Positions 23,086 to 34,926 of a stretch of 64,000 nucleotides of DNA are shown here, piece after piece. Within the stretch, counting starts at the first letter, position 1, and each line of letters starts with the position of its first letter. The translations under genes and the position numbers were made by a program. The notes beneath the pieces were generated by a model. It was not told where the DNA came from. It saw nothing but the letters and a program-made list of their open reading frames with translations, and did no database searches. Source of the DNA: Heptranchias perlo (Eukaryota); contig NC_090335.1 of NCBI RefSeq assembly GCF_035084215.1, positions 54,188,001-54,252,000 on the forward strand, read 5' to 3'.

Positions 23086-24026
23086 CCCTCCCCAACAGCA
23101 CTAGCAAACACTCCTCCTAGGACAGCGGTCCCGGCCCTGCCCAGGTGCAGACCGTCCGGTTTGTACTGGTCCCACCTCCCCCAGAACCGTTTCCAGTGTC
23201 CCAGGAATTTGAATCCCTCCCCCTTGCACCATTCCTCTAGCCACGTATTCATTTGAAATATCCTCCTATTTCTACTCTGACTAGCACGTGGCACTGGCAG
23301 CAATCCTGAGATTACTACCTTTGAGGTCCTATTTTTTAATTTACCTCCTAACTCCCTATATTCTGCTTTTAGGACCTCATCCCCTTTTTTACCTATATCG
23401 TTGGTGCCTATGTGCACCACGACAGCTGGCTGTTCGCCCTCCCCCTCCAAAATGTTCTGTAGCCGCTCCGAGACATCCTTGATCCTTGCACCAGGGAGGC
23501 AACACACCATCCTGGAGTCTCGGTTGCGGCCGCAGAAACGCCTGTCTATTCCCCTTACAATTGAGTCCCCTATCACTATAGCTCTGCCACTCTTTTTCCT
23601 CCCAGCCTGTGCAGCAGAGCTACCCGTGGTGCCAGGAAGTTGGCTGCTGCTGCCTTCCCCTGATAAGTCATCCCCCCCAACAGCATCCAAAGTGGCATAT
23701 CTGTTTGAGAGGGGGATGGCCACAGGGGACCCCTGCACTACCTGCCTGCATCTCTTACTCTTCCTGGTGGTCACCCATTCACTTCCTGCCTGTATACCCT
23801 TTACCTGCGGTGTGACCAACTCGCTAAACGTGCTATCCACGAGTTTCTCTGCATCGCGGATGCTCCACAGTGAGTCCACCCGCAGCTCCAGCTCCGAGAT
23901 ACGATCGGTCAGTAGCTGCAGGTGGACACACTTCCCGCACACATGGTCGGCAGGGACACTGGTAGTGTCCATGACTTCCCACATCTTGCAGGAGGAGCAT
24001 ATCACGGGTGCGAGGTCTGCTGCCAT
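23076..24026 (-). CDS. CR1 ORF1: zinc finger/leucine zipper plus SGNH esterase-like domain
   Basis: CSSC...CGKC finger, heptad leucines, IGDSIVRG, HIGTND and DGLHL motifs; 316 aa, intact. Confidence 0.93.
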   Translation of the reverse strand: MAADLAPVICSSCKMWEVMDTTSVPADHVCGKCVHLQLLTDRISELELRVDSLWSIRDAEKLVDSTFSELVTPQVKGIQAGSEWVTTRKSKRCRQVVQGSPVAIPLSNRYATLDAVGGDDLSGEGSSSQLPGTTGSSAAQAGRKKSGRAIVIGDSIVRGIDRRFCGRNRDSRMVCCLPGARIKDVSERLQNILEGEGEQPAVVVHIGTNDIGKKGDEVLKAEYRELGGKLKNRTSKVVISGLLPVPRASQSRNRRIFQMNTWLEEWCKGEGFKFLGHWKRFWGRWDQYKPDGLHLGRAGTAVLGGVFASAVGEGLN

Positions 24027-24185
24027 GACTTGCCTTAGCTGAGTTACCCCTTTTAAATTATGTTGAAATTAGAAAATGTTAACTATACTAGGGACCTAGG
24101 TTCACTAAAAAAAAAACACTATCTGCTATAAAACCTGCAGATCTTCCCTTTCTTATTACTTTACTTACAGTAAAATGGTAGAAAT

Positions 24186-24330
24186 ACTCACCTGAACCTA
24201 CTCACCAATCAGCTGCCTCCCCTGTGCCGCGTCACTTTCTGACTGGTGACGTCACCCCGAACTGCCGCTGGTCTCAGAGTCTCGCTCTCAGAGTAAGCTC
24301 TGGTCTCGCTCTCTCCGCGCTGTTTATATC
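24186..24330 (-). promoter_or_regulatory. Candidate internal promoter and splice donors of the CR1 5' UTR
   Basis: Perfect CRE TGACGTCA at 24247-24254 inside the GGTGACGTCACC palindrome; CCAAT at ~24205; GATATAAA at ~24323-24330; two G|GTGAGT donors at ~24191 and ~24205. Confidence 0.45.
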
Positions 24331-24433
24331 CCCGCTCTGGTCTCGCTCTCTCCCGCCGCTCACCGCTCTCAGGTCCACTACCGCTCTGCAAGAAAAGCAA
24401 GGCAAAGCAGCACCTCCTTCCCCCACTTTACCT

Positions 24434-27400
24434 AACTCCCACACGTACCGAACTCTCAGCACACTGTGTAATATCCGCACACCGTGCAGTCCGCACTGAC
24501 AGGCCCCTGTATTTCTACAGTTGAGACTCAGATGAGTCAGGCCTGCCCCACCTTCAGGGACCAATTGAATCTAGCTGACCAATTAACTTGCTACAGCAGC
24601 TCTCTGCTGAAGCCTGACAGAAACTTAGAAATTTAAACTTTTAAATTGACCTTAAACAGTTGAAGCAATATGCACTAGATTTAAAGAGATTAACCCTTCA
24701 ACTCCCACACCTGACAGAAACTTAGAAATTTAAACTTTTAAATTGACCTTAAACAGTTGAAGCAATATGCACTAGATTTAAAGAGATCAACCCTTCAACT
24801 CCCACACCTGACAGAAACTTAGAAATTTAAACTTTTAAATTGACCTTAAACAGTTGAAGCAATATGCACTAGATTTAAAGAGATCAACCCTTCAACTCCC
24901 ACACGTACCGAACTCTCAGCACACTGTGTAATATCCGCACACCGTGCAGTCCGCACTGACAGGCCCCTGTATTTCTACAGTTGAGACTCAGATGAGTCAG
25001 GCCTGCCCCACCTTCAGGGACCAATTGAATCTAGCTGACCAATTAACTTGCTACAGCAGCTCTCTGCTGAAGCCTGACAGAAACTTAGAAATTTAAACTT
25101 TTAAATTGACCTTAAACAGTTGAAGCAATATGCACTAGATTTAAAGAGATTAACCCTTCAACTCCCACACCTGACAGAAACTTAGAAATTTAAACTTTTA
25201 AATTGACCTTAAACAGTTGAAGCAATATGCACTAGATTTAAAGAGATCAACCCTTCAACTCCCACACCTGACAGAAACTTAGAAATTTAAACTTTTAAAT
25301 TGACCTTAAACAGTTGAAGCAATATGCACTAGATTTAAAGAGATCAACCCTTCAACTCCCACACGTACCGAACTCTCAGCACACTGTGTAATATCCGCAC
25401 ACCGTGCAGTCCGCACTGACAGGCCCCTGTATTTCTACAGTTGAGACTCAGATGAGTCAGGCCTGCCCCACCTTCAGGGACCAATTGAATCTAGCTGACC
25501 AATTAACTTGCTACAGCAGCTCTCTGCTGAAGCCTGACAGAAACTTAGAAATTTAAACTTTTAAATTGACCTTAAACAGTTGAAGCAATATGCACTAGAT
25601 TTAAAGAGATTAACCCTTCAACTCCCACACCTGACAGAAACTTAGAAATTTAAACTTTTAAATTGACCTTAAACAGTTGAAGCAATATGCACTAGATTTA
25701 AAGAGATCAACCCTTCAACTCCCACACCTGACAGAAACTTAGAAATTTAAACTTTTAAATTGACCTTAAACAGTTGAAGCAATATGCACTAGATTTAAAG
25801 AGATCAACCCTTCAACTCCCACACGTACCGAACTCTCAGCACACTGTGTAATATCCGCACACCGTGCAGTCCGCACTGACAGGCCCCTGTATTTCTACAG
25901 TTGAGACTCAGATGAGTCAGGCCTGCCCCACCTTCAGGGACCAATTGAATCTAGCTGACCAATTAACTTGCTACAGCAGCTCTCTGCTGAAGCCTGACAG
26001 AAACTTAGAAATTTAAACTTTTAAATTGACCTTAAACAGTTGAAGCAATATGCACTAGATTTAAAGAGATTAACCCTTCAACTCCCACACCTGACAGAAA
26101 CTTAGAAATTTAAACTTTTAAATTGACCTTAAACAGTTGAAGCAATATGCACTAGATTTAAAGAGATCAACCCTTCAACTCCCACACCTGACAGAAACTT
26201 AGAAATTTAAACTTTTAAATTGACCTTAAACAGTTGAAGCAATATGCACTAGATTTAAAGAGATCAACCCTTCAACTCCCACACGTACCGAACTCTCAGC
26301 ACACTGTGTAATATCCGCACACCGTGCAGTCCGCACTGACAGGCCCCTGTATTTCTACAGTTGAGACTCAGATGAGTCAGGCCTGCCCCACCTTCAGGGA
26401 CCAATTGAATCTAGCTGACCAATTAACTTGCTACAGCAGCTCTCTGCTGAAGCCTGACAGAAACTTAGAAATTTAAACTTTTAAATTGACCTTAAACAGT
26501 TGAAGCAATATGCACTAGATTTAAAGAGATTAACCCTTCAACTCCCACACCTGACAGAAACTTAGAAATTTAAACTTTTAAATTGACCTTAAACAGTTGA
26601 AGCAATATGCACTAGATTTAAAGAGATCAACCCTTCAACTCCCACACCTGACAGAAACTTAGAAATTTAAACTTTTAAATTGACCTTAAACAGTTGAAGC
26701 AATATGCACTAGATTTAAAGAGATCAACCCTTCAACTCCCACACGTACCGAACTCTCAGCACACTGTGTAATATCCGCACACCGTGCAGTCCGCACTGAC
26801 AGGCCCCTGTATTTCTACAGTTGAGACTCAGATGAGTCAGGCCTGCCCCACCTTCAGGGACCAATTGAATCTAGCTGACCAATTAACTTGCTACAGCAGC
26901 TCTCTGCTGAAGCCTGACAGAAACTTAGAAATTTAAACTTTTAAATTGACCTTAAACAGTTGAAGCAATATGCACTAGATTTAAAGAGATTAACCCTTCA
27001 ACTCCCACACCTGACAGAAACTTAGAAATTTAAACTTTTAAATTGACCTTAAACAGTTGAAGCAATATGCACTAGATTTAAAGAGATCAACCCTTCAACT
27101 CCCACACCTGACAGAAACTTAGAAATTTAAACTTTTAAATTGACCTTAAACAGTTGAAGCAATATGCACTAGATTTAAAGAGATCAACCCTTCAACTCCC
27201 ACACGTACCGAACTCTCAGCACACTGTGTAATATCCGCACACCGTGCAGTCCGCACTGACAGGCCCCTGTATTTCTACAGTTGAGACTCAGATGAGTCAG
27301 GCCTGCCCCACCTTCAGGGACCAATTGAATCTAGCTGACCAATTAACTTGCTACAGCAGCTCTCTGCTGAAGCCTGACAGAAACTTAGAAATTTAAACTT

Positions 27401-27836
27401 TTAAATTGACCTTAAACAGTTGAAGCAATATGCACTAGATTTAAAGAGATTAACCCTTCAACTCCCACACCTGACAGAAACTTAGAAATTTAAACTTTTA
27501 AATTGACCTTAAACAGTTGAAGCAATATGCACTAGATTTAAAGAGATTAACCCTTCAACTCCCACACCTGACAGAAACTTAGAAATTTAAACTTTTAAAT
27601 TGACCTTAAACAGTTGAAGCAATATGCACTAGATTTAAAGAGATCAACCCTTCAACTCCCACACCTGACAGAAACTTAGAAATTTAAACTTTTAAATTGA
27701 CCTTAAACAGTTGAAGCAATATGCACTAGATTTAAAGAGATCAACCCTTCAACTCCCACACGTACCGAACTCTCAGCACACTGTGTAATATCCGCACACC
27801 GTGCAGTCCGCACTGACAGGCCCCTGTATTTCTACA
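24434..27836. repeat. Higher-order tandem array: 460-bp unit = 169-bp segment + 3 x 97-bp subunits; 7 units plus a partial 8th
   Basis: acacgtaccg recurs at 24441, 24901, 25361, 25821, 26281, 26741, 27201 and 27758 (7th unit is 557 bp with 4 subunits); subunits start at 24614, 24711, 24808. Confidence 0.97.
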
Positions 27837-28527
27837 TTAACTGTATACAATCTCCTATCAGCATTGAATATATTCTCTGATAAATGTAAAGCTTTGTTAG
27901 TAGTTTGTGATTCAGTGGGAACCAGGGGGTTAATTGGGTCGGTATAAAGACCAATGTGAATCTTTTCCCCTGAAAGGAGGAAAAACTGTCTGGATGTATT
28001 GATGATTTAATACTTCCCAGCACCAATCTGTTGAAAGAAATCTGTGCAAAGCCATTTCGAAAGTTTTAAAATTTAATAACCTCCTTTCTTCAAATCATTG
28101 CTTACCCTTGCATGATTTTTAAAATGTTTTTCTTGTTCTCAGCTCATTATTTTCATTGTTTTGTCCCTCATAGAGCCTGCCTTTCTTTGCAGTCTCTGCT
28201 GCCTTCCCTGCCCTCTCCTTATTTACACTCCATATGATACACAATAAAAATGGGCTTTGCTACTCGTGTTACTGGAAAGAAAGAAAGAACTTGCATTCAT
28301 ATAGACATGAATACAAAGCTGATTTTGAATACATGGCATTTTAACGTTATTTGCAACTAATACCTGTGGTAGAGCCCATTTCTATGCAGTGATTTGTAAA
28401 GTTAAAGCAAGACACATTTTTGTTTGCCAGTAGGCAAAAGCAACATTTTTCTTTTCTTTGTCATCCCAATGCAATTAATAATGACTGCAGTTACTTTTGC
28501 CTGTTGTTAGATTTGAATTAGTCTTAC

Positions 28528-28591
28528 CTGCAATTAGAAAGAAGTGAAGCAAAACACAAAGTTTGATCCCCTGTGCTCCCAGAAGTAACAT
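28528..28591 (-). CDS. IgSF receptor leader (signal peptide) exon
   Basis: ATG TTA CTT...ATT GCA G|gtaaga encodes MLLLGAQGIKLCVLLHFFLIA; the phase-1 donor fits the V-exon acceptor; ~0.7 kb from V once the CR1 is removed. Confidence 0.75.
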
Positions 28592-28684
28592 TTCATTTGT
28601 CTCATTCTGAAGATAGGAGAATAGAAATCAGTAACTTTGACGAAAAAGGAAATACTTTGTTAGTATGTTAGGACAATATCATTT

Positions 28685-28960
28685 ACAACAACTTACACCC
28701 ATAACGTAAAGAAATGTTCCAAGGCACTTCACAAGTAGATGTAAGAAAAATGGACACCAAGCCAGAAAGGGAAACATTCAGATGGATGACTGAAAGCTTG
28801 GTTAAAGAAACGGGTCTTGAAAAGGTTTTCAAAGGTAGAGAGAGGTAGAGATGCAGTGAGCTTTAGCGAGAGATTCCAAAGATTAAGAGCGAAGCAACTG
28901 AAGGCTTTGGGGTGAAGAGGGGATGCACAGTAAGCTGGAGTCAGAGGAACTAAATGTTGA
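28685..28960 (-). mobile_element. Decayed L2-like 3' fragment
   Basis: Resembles 2790-3078 and the reverse complement of 19075-19425. Confidence 0.5.
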
Positions 28961-29034
28961 GGAGATTTTTACCAGTGTTTTCAGGATAACATTTCAAAAT
29001 TCATCCATTTCTCCATGAAACCAGAAACCAGTAA

Positions 29035-29285
29035 CCTTGAAGAGAAACAGGGGAGTTCTCCCGGTGTCCTGGCTAATTTTTATCCCTCAACCAACATCAC
29101 TAACTAAAACAGATTATCTGGTCATTATTTCATTGCTGTTTGTGGGACCTTGCTGTGCACAAATTGACTGCTGCGTTTCCCTACGTTACAATAGTGACTA
29201 CACTTCAAAAGTACTTCATTGGCTGTAAAGCGCTTTTGGGATGCCCTGAGGTCGTGAAAGATGCTATATAAATGCAATTTCTTTT
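29035..29285 (+). mobile_element. 5'-truncated DeuSINE-like SINE
   Basis: Matches the reverse complement of 6484-6715. Confidence 0.7.
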
Positions 29286-29436
29286 TGGTCATGGTACATT
29301 CACTTATTCACTGTAGATACCGACAGGTAATCTTACTTATTTTGTTTTTGTAGTTTATTGTTTTATTCCCTCATTTTCTCTCTTTTGAAGTCTCCTTAAA
29401 TCACATATCTGTGACTGAGGAGGTACAGAGCTGTTA

Positions 29437-30518
29437 GGAACATAGGAACAGGAGTAGGCCATTCAGCCCCTTGTGCCTGCTCCGCCATTTCATAAGATCA
29501 TGGCTGATCTGTGATCTAACTCCATATACCTGCCTTTGGCCCATATCCCTTAATACCTTTAGTTGCCAAAAAGCTATCTATCTCACATTTAAATTTAGCA
29601 ATTGAGCTAGTATCAATTGCCGTTTGTGGAAGAGAGTTCCAAACTTCTACCACTCTTTGTGAATAGAAATGTTTTCTAATCTCACTCCTGAAAGGTCTGG
29701 CTCTAATTTTTAGATTGTGTCCCCTACTCCTAGAATCCCCAACCAGCGGAAATAATTTCTATCTATCCACCCTATCTGCTCCCCTTAATATCTTATAAAC
29801 TTTGATCAGATCACCCCTTAACCTTCGAAACTCTAGAGAATACAACCCCAATTTGTGTAATCTCTCCTCGTAACTTAACCCTTAAAGTCCGGCTATCATT
29901 CTAGTACGCTACGCTCCACTCCCTCCAAGGCCAATATGTCCTTCTGAAGGTGCGGTGCCCAGAACTGCTCACAGTACTCCAGGTGCGGTCTAACCAGGGT
30001 TTGTATAGCTGCACCATAACTTCTGCCCCCTTGTACTCTAGTCCTCTAGATATAAAGACCAGCTTTCCATTAGCCTTATTGATTATTTTCTGCACCTGTT
30101 CATGACACTTCAATGATCTATGTACCTGAATCCCTAAGTCCCTTTGGACATCCACTGTTTTTAACTTTTTACCATTTAGAAAGTACTCTGTTCTATCCTT
30201 TTTTGATCCAAAGTGGATGACCTCATATTTGTCTACATTGAATTCCATTTGCCACAGTTTTGCCCATTCACCTAATCTATAATATCGCTTTGTAATTTTA
30301 TGTTTTCATCTGCACTGCTTACAATGCCACCAATCTTTGTGTCATCGGCAAACTTAGATATGAGACTTTCTATGCCTTCATCTACGTCGTTAATAAATAT
30401 TGTGAATAATTGAGGCCCCAAGACAGATCCCTACGGGACTCCACTAGTCACATCCTGCCAATGTGAATACTTACCCATTATCCCAACTCTCTGTCACCTT
30501 TCGCTCAGCCAATTTCCA
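29437..30518 (-). mobile_element. 5'-truncated CR1 (RT C-terminal half plus 3' UTR)
   Basis: ORF 29901..30248; FADD region at ~30340; (gttcctat)n tail. Confidence 0.88.
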
Positions 30519-31314
30519 ACCTGCAGCCCCAGGCCCTATGTCCTAGCCATTCAGCTGCAAAACCCAGTCCTATTTGCACTTTTTTTCTTTTTTATACTGA
30601 TTTGAATTTTGTGGACTGGAGGTTTGAAAAGGGCTGTTTTTCACATTATTGGCTCTTTGTTGGATAAAATATAAATTAGAACACCGGGATTTGTTCATAT
30701 CGGCAACTTGAGGAATGTGCAAGTAAATGGGAATGGATTCAAATTTTATGTAGCAGATTTTCCTTTTCAGCACCTGGACATAAGAGTTTGGCGGGGCGGA
30801 AACATTTATCACAAACTGAGGCACAAGCTGCTAATGATTTTCCATCCATTCATTTTAATAGATGGAAAATGACGGACAGCTTGTACCCAGCTTTGAGATT
30901 AGAGCTTCTGCCGCACCAAGCTCTTATGCCTGGGCACTAAAGAGAAAATTTGCCTTTATATGTGGCCTCAAGGTTACATGATATGCACCTATGTGGGCCA
31001 TGAAGAAAAAAGCTTGGACACCCCTATTTGAGGCCTTTTCCCACCACTGGCCACTGGGAGGTGTGTCGAAGCAGTCCTGGTAACCGCCCCTCTGATTTTC
31101 CCTCCCCCTCTGTGAGGCAAGACCTGATCTTTGCTCAGCATCCCTCTATTTGCAGGGAACCACAGACGTATACCTAAATCTTGCCCCCACCTTAATGCAC
31201 CAGCTTGCAACCCACTATGGTCAATCCCAGCAAAGAGCCCACTGTCCCATTTCAAACTACCTTAATTTTTCTAAAGCAACAAGACGCAAGTTACCTGCTG
31301 CTAATTCTCATAAA

Positions 31315-32545
31315 ATTACATAGAAATTAAAATATGGTGTCAGGCCTATTGGCTCAAACATCAGTGTTGGTGTTTATCCTGTATATGACCAGTAGTCCTA
31401 ATGTCATGTGCCTAGGCTGTTCTCATATCCCTTTATTCCTCTTTTCTTTGACCACCTTTCTAACCTTTCCCTAAATGTTGACATGGTCTCTGCTTCAATC
31501 ACTAACTGCATTCCATGGCCACACAACTCTGTGTAAAAAAGTTTCTCTTGCCCTCTGTCCTAATCTCTTACATTTAATCTTATATTACATAGAATTACAT
31601 AGAATTTACAGCACAGAAACAGGTCATTTGGCCCAACTGGTCTATGCCGGCGTTTATGCTCCACACGAGCCTCCTCCCATCCTTCTTCATCTAACCCTAT
31701 CACCATGTCCTTCTATTAAATCCAATAAATTCCTCCCCTTGGCTTATTTTTTGCTTCCTTTGTACTTATAGTATTTTATTCTCTTCTTCTATTGAACAGA
31801 TGCAAAGTATTCATTTAACAAGTCTGCCATTTCCTTGTTGCCCATTATAGTCTCCCCTACATCTGTCTTTAATGGGCCCATGTTACCCCTTACCACTCTT
31901 TCTCCTAATGTTAGGTTTGATATCCTTTGCATGTTGTTTTTCATTTTCCCATTTTGCACCTCTTATTACTTTCTTTGTATCCCTTTGTTTTCTTTATAGC
32001 TCTTTCAGTCCACTGGATTAGTACTTCCTTGTATTTGTGTAAGCCTTATTTTTTAGCTTGATACTGTCTATTACCTAATTTTGTCTTTTAAAAAGCATTT
32101 GGACAGTTACATGGGTAAGATGGGTATAGAGGGATATGGGCCAAGTGCAGGCAATTGGGACTAGCTTAGTGGTATAAACTGGGCGACATGGACATGTTGG
32201 GCCGAAGGGCCTGTTTCCATGTTGTAAACTTCTATGATTCTATGATTCTATGATTTGTTAACCATGGTTGCTTCACTACACAAATGGAGCATTTGCCTTT
32301 TAGGGATATATACTGGTTTTGTATTGTACCACATATTTCTTTCAATACTTCCCATTGTTTGTCTGTAGACTGACTCATTAACAGTTCATCCCAGTTTACT
32401 GTGGCCAATTTATTTTTCATTCCTTCAAAGTTTGCCTTACTTTAATTTAAAACCTTGGTTTGTGACTTGCTCTTGTCTCTCTCAAACCTAATATCAAATT
32501 CAATCATGTTACGGTCAGTATTCGCAAGATTTTCCCTCACCATCA
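31315..32545 (-). mobile_element. Cluster of decayed CR1 fragments containing a young + strand CR1 3' end (~32077-32253)
   Basis: CR1 tails at ~31315 and ~31585; ORF2 pieces 31720-32545; 32077-32253 is almost identical to the reverse complement of 46673-46848. Confidence 0.75.
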
Positions 32546-34117
32546 GATCCATGTCCCCTCATTCTAGAGCCATCAATCAATGGAAACAGTCTGTTTCTAT
32601 CTACCCTGTCCCACCCCTTCATCATTTTAAACAGCTCTGAAGTATTTGTATCTCATTCTACCTTGACACTGGCACACCCAAGGAAGATCAGGCACCTGAG
32701 AGTTCAGTTTAGCCCAGCAGGTTGTATAACCAGGATACTAGAAGGCTGCCCCCATGGTATAGCGTACAGGGATACAAATCCTGCTCCTGTAATTCCTGGT
32801 GTATCCCAACAGCGCATATTAAAAAATTGTGTAATCCCAGCCCACAATTTTCTGTCCATCTGAAAAGTTTACCCCATAGAGACAATATTAAAATATTCTA
32901 GTTTCTCTGTACTTCTTTTGACACATGAGCAATTTGAAGTACATTTTACAGAAACCAGTTTTCCTGGTTGAACAGGATTTTTCATTTTTGTTTTCTGACT
33001 ATCTACATTCCTGGATTTAAGGTGGAGATTTTAAAGGTTTCGTTTTTTTCAGGTCACACACTCAAGCAATATGAGTTAACACTGAAGTAGGATCTAAGTT
33101 GGATATTTGGGGGTACAAGTTAACTGATAACCTGAAGTACCCTGAACTGGACCATGCAAATAATAACGATAATAAGCAAATATTTCAAAGTGGTAAATGT
33201 GGCCTGATTTATCTCAGTTTGATATTGGCATGTCCTTATATATAAAAAAAAAGCTCCACTGGGCATGCTTGTTGGCATTTTCTCGGTTGTAACTTGAGAT
33301 TGCCTGCTGCCATGACAAACAAACCACAATAAAAGTTGGCTTATAAGGGTGAATTTTGCACGGCTCTGCCGCTGGTGTGAAGCCTCACTCAACAGGATCA
33401 TTGATCGGAGAATTTGGTGAGGAGGTCAACAGTCCATATTCCAAGTGCTCCCAATTTTCCAGTGATTAGTTTTAATCATTCAAAAATTAGGGGCATCACA
33501 AATCAGCTCCATGCCTGATTCTCCAATCCGCATTCCGGGAGTGCAGCCTTTTAAAATTGACCTTGTAGTTTCTAGTGACCAATCTCCATGGGGCGGGGGG
33601 GGGGGTGGTTAGTGGGTTTCATTCAGTCAAATTCACTCCAAGGTTACACAGTATGAAATTACAACCAAGTCAATCACTTGGTAATCTGATATCTGATCTG
33701 TAGTATTCTAGGACACTGTTATTGCTTGCCTAGCCAGCAGGACATGGAGGGATTAGACCTATCACTAAGGGCTGGGATTCCTCCCACTCAGTTCCAGCTA
33801 ATTCTACAAGACAATGCCCTAATGGGTAAGTGACCCCAGTTTAACAAGCAATGAAAAGCTTACCAGTGCTCTGTCCTGGTTAACTGCACAGTATCCAGTC
33901 ACAATGAGGGGGGTCCCTAACTTATGGATTTTGCCAACCTGCTCCTAGGCTTTCCAGATTTAGGTAAGTGAGGTGTCCCTACATGGAGAGGGTCTGCTCT
34001 CCATATCAGCCTAATGGAATCTCTGCTTACATGGATTTCTCAAGTATGGTGATGGGTTTCGGCACATCAGACAGTTGGCTGACCAAACAATTTTAAAAAA
34101 CGTATCTACTGTGATTT

Positions 34118-34926
34118 GGGCTTATAAGTGGCAAGTAACATTCGCGCCAGATAAGTGCCAGGCAATGACCATCTCCAACAAGAGAGAGTCTAACCAACTC
34201 CCCTTCACATTCAACGGCATTACCATCGCCGAATCCCCCACCATCAACATCATGGGGGACACCATTGACCAGAAACTTAACTGGACCAGCCATATAAATA
34301 CCGTGGCTACGAGAGCAGGTCAGAGGCTGGGTATTCTGCGGCGAGTGACTCACCTCCTGACTCCCCAAAGCCTTTCCACCATCTACAAGGCACAAGTCAG
34401 GAGTGAGATGGAATACTCTCCACTTGCTTGGATGAGTGCAGCTCCAACAACACTCAAGAAGCTCGACACCATCCAAGATAAAGCAGCCCGCTTAATTGGC
34501 ACCCCATCCACCATCCTAAACATTCACTCCCTTCACCACCGGTGCACTGTGGCTGCAGTGTGTACCATCCACAGGATGCACTGCAGCAACTCACCAAGGC
34601 TTCTTCGACAGCACCTCCCAAACCCGCGACCTCTACCATCTAGAAGGACAAGATCAACAGGCACATGGGAACAACACCACCTGCACGTTCCCCTCCAAGT
34701 CACACACCATCCCGACTTGGAAATGTATCGCCGTTCCTTCATTGTCGCTGGGTCAAAATCCTGGAACTCCCTTCCTAACAGCACTGTGGGAGAACCGTCA
34801 CCACACGGACTGCAGCGGTTCAAGAAGGCGGCTCACCACCACCTTCTCGAGGGCAATTAGGGATGGGCAATAAATGCTGGCCTCGCCAGCGACGCCCACA
34901 TCCCATGAACGAATAATAGAAAAAAA
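34118..34926 (+). mobile_element. 5'-truncated copy of the tRNA-headed LINE family
   Basis: ORF 34075..34860 nearly identical to the C-terminal part of 54999..56063; same 3' tail and A-rich end. Confidence 0.92.

Larger units (their letters stand above)
19938..27832 (-). mobile_element. Intact, apparently full-length young CR1 LINE in intron 1, same orientation as the host gene
   Basis: Uninterrupted ORF1 and ORF2, (ttcttatg)n 3' tail, 5' tandem array, TACAT direct repeat at 19933-19937 and 27833-27837. Confidence 0.93.

Noticed and set aside
23401-24042. 213-aa + strand ORF
   Set aside because: Antisense to CR1 ORF1 with no independent motif; cannot be supported as a gene.
24434-27836. CRISPR-like array
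   Set aside because: Units are identical with no unique spacers, there are no cas genes, and the context is eukaryotic.
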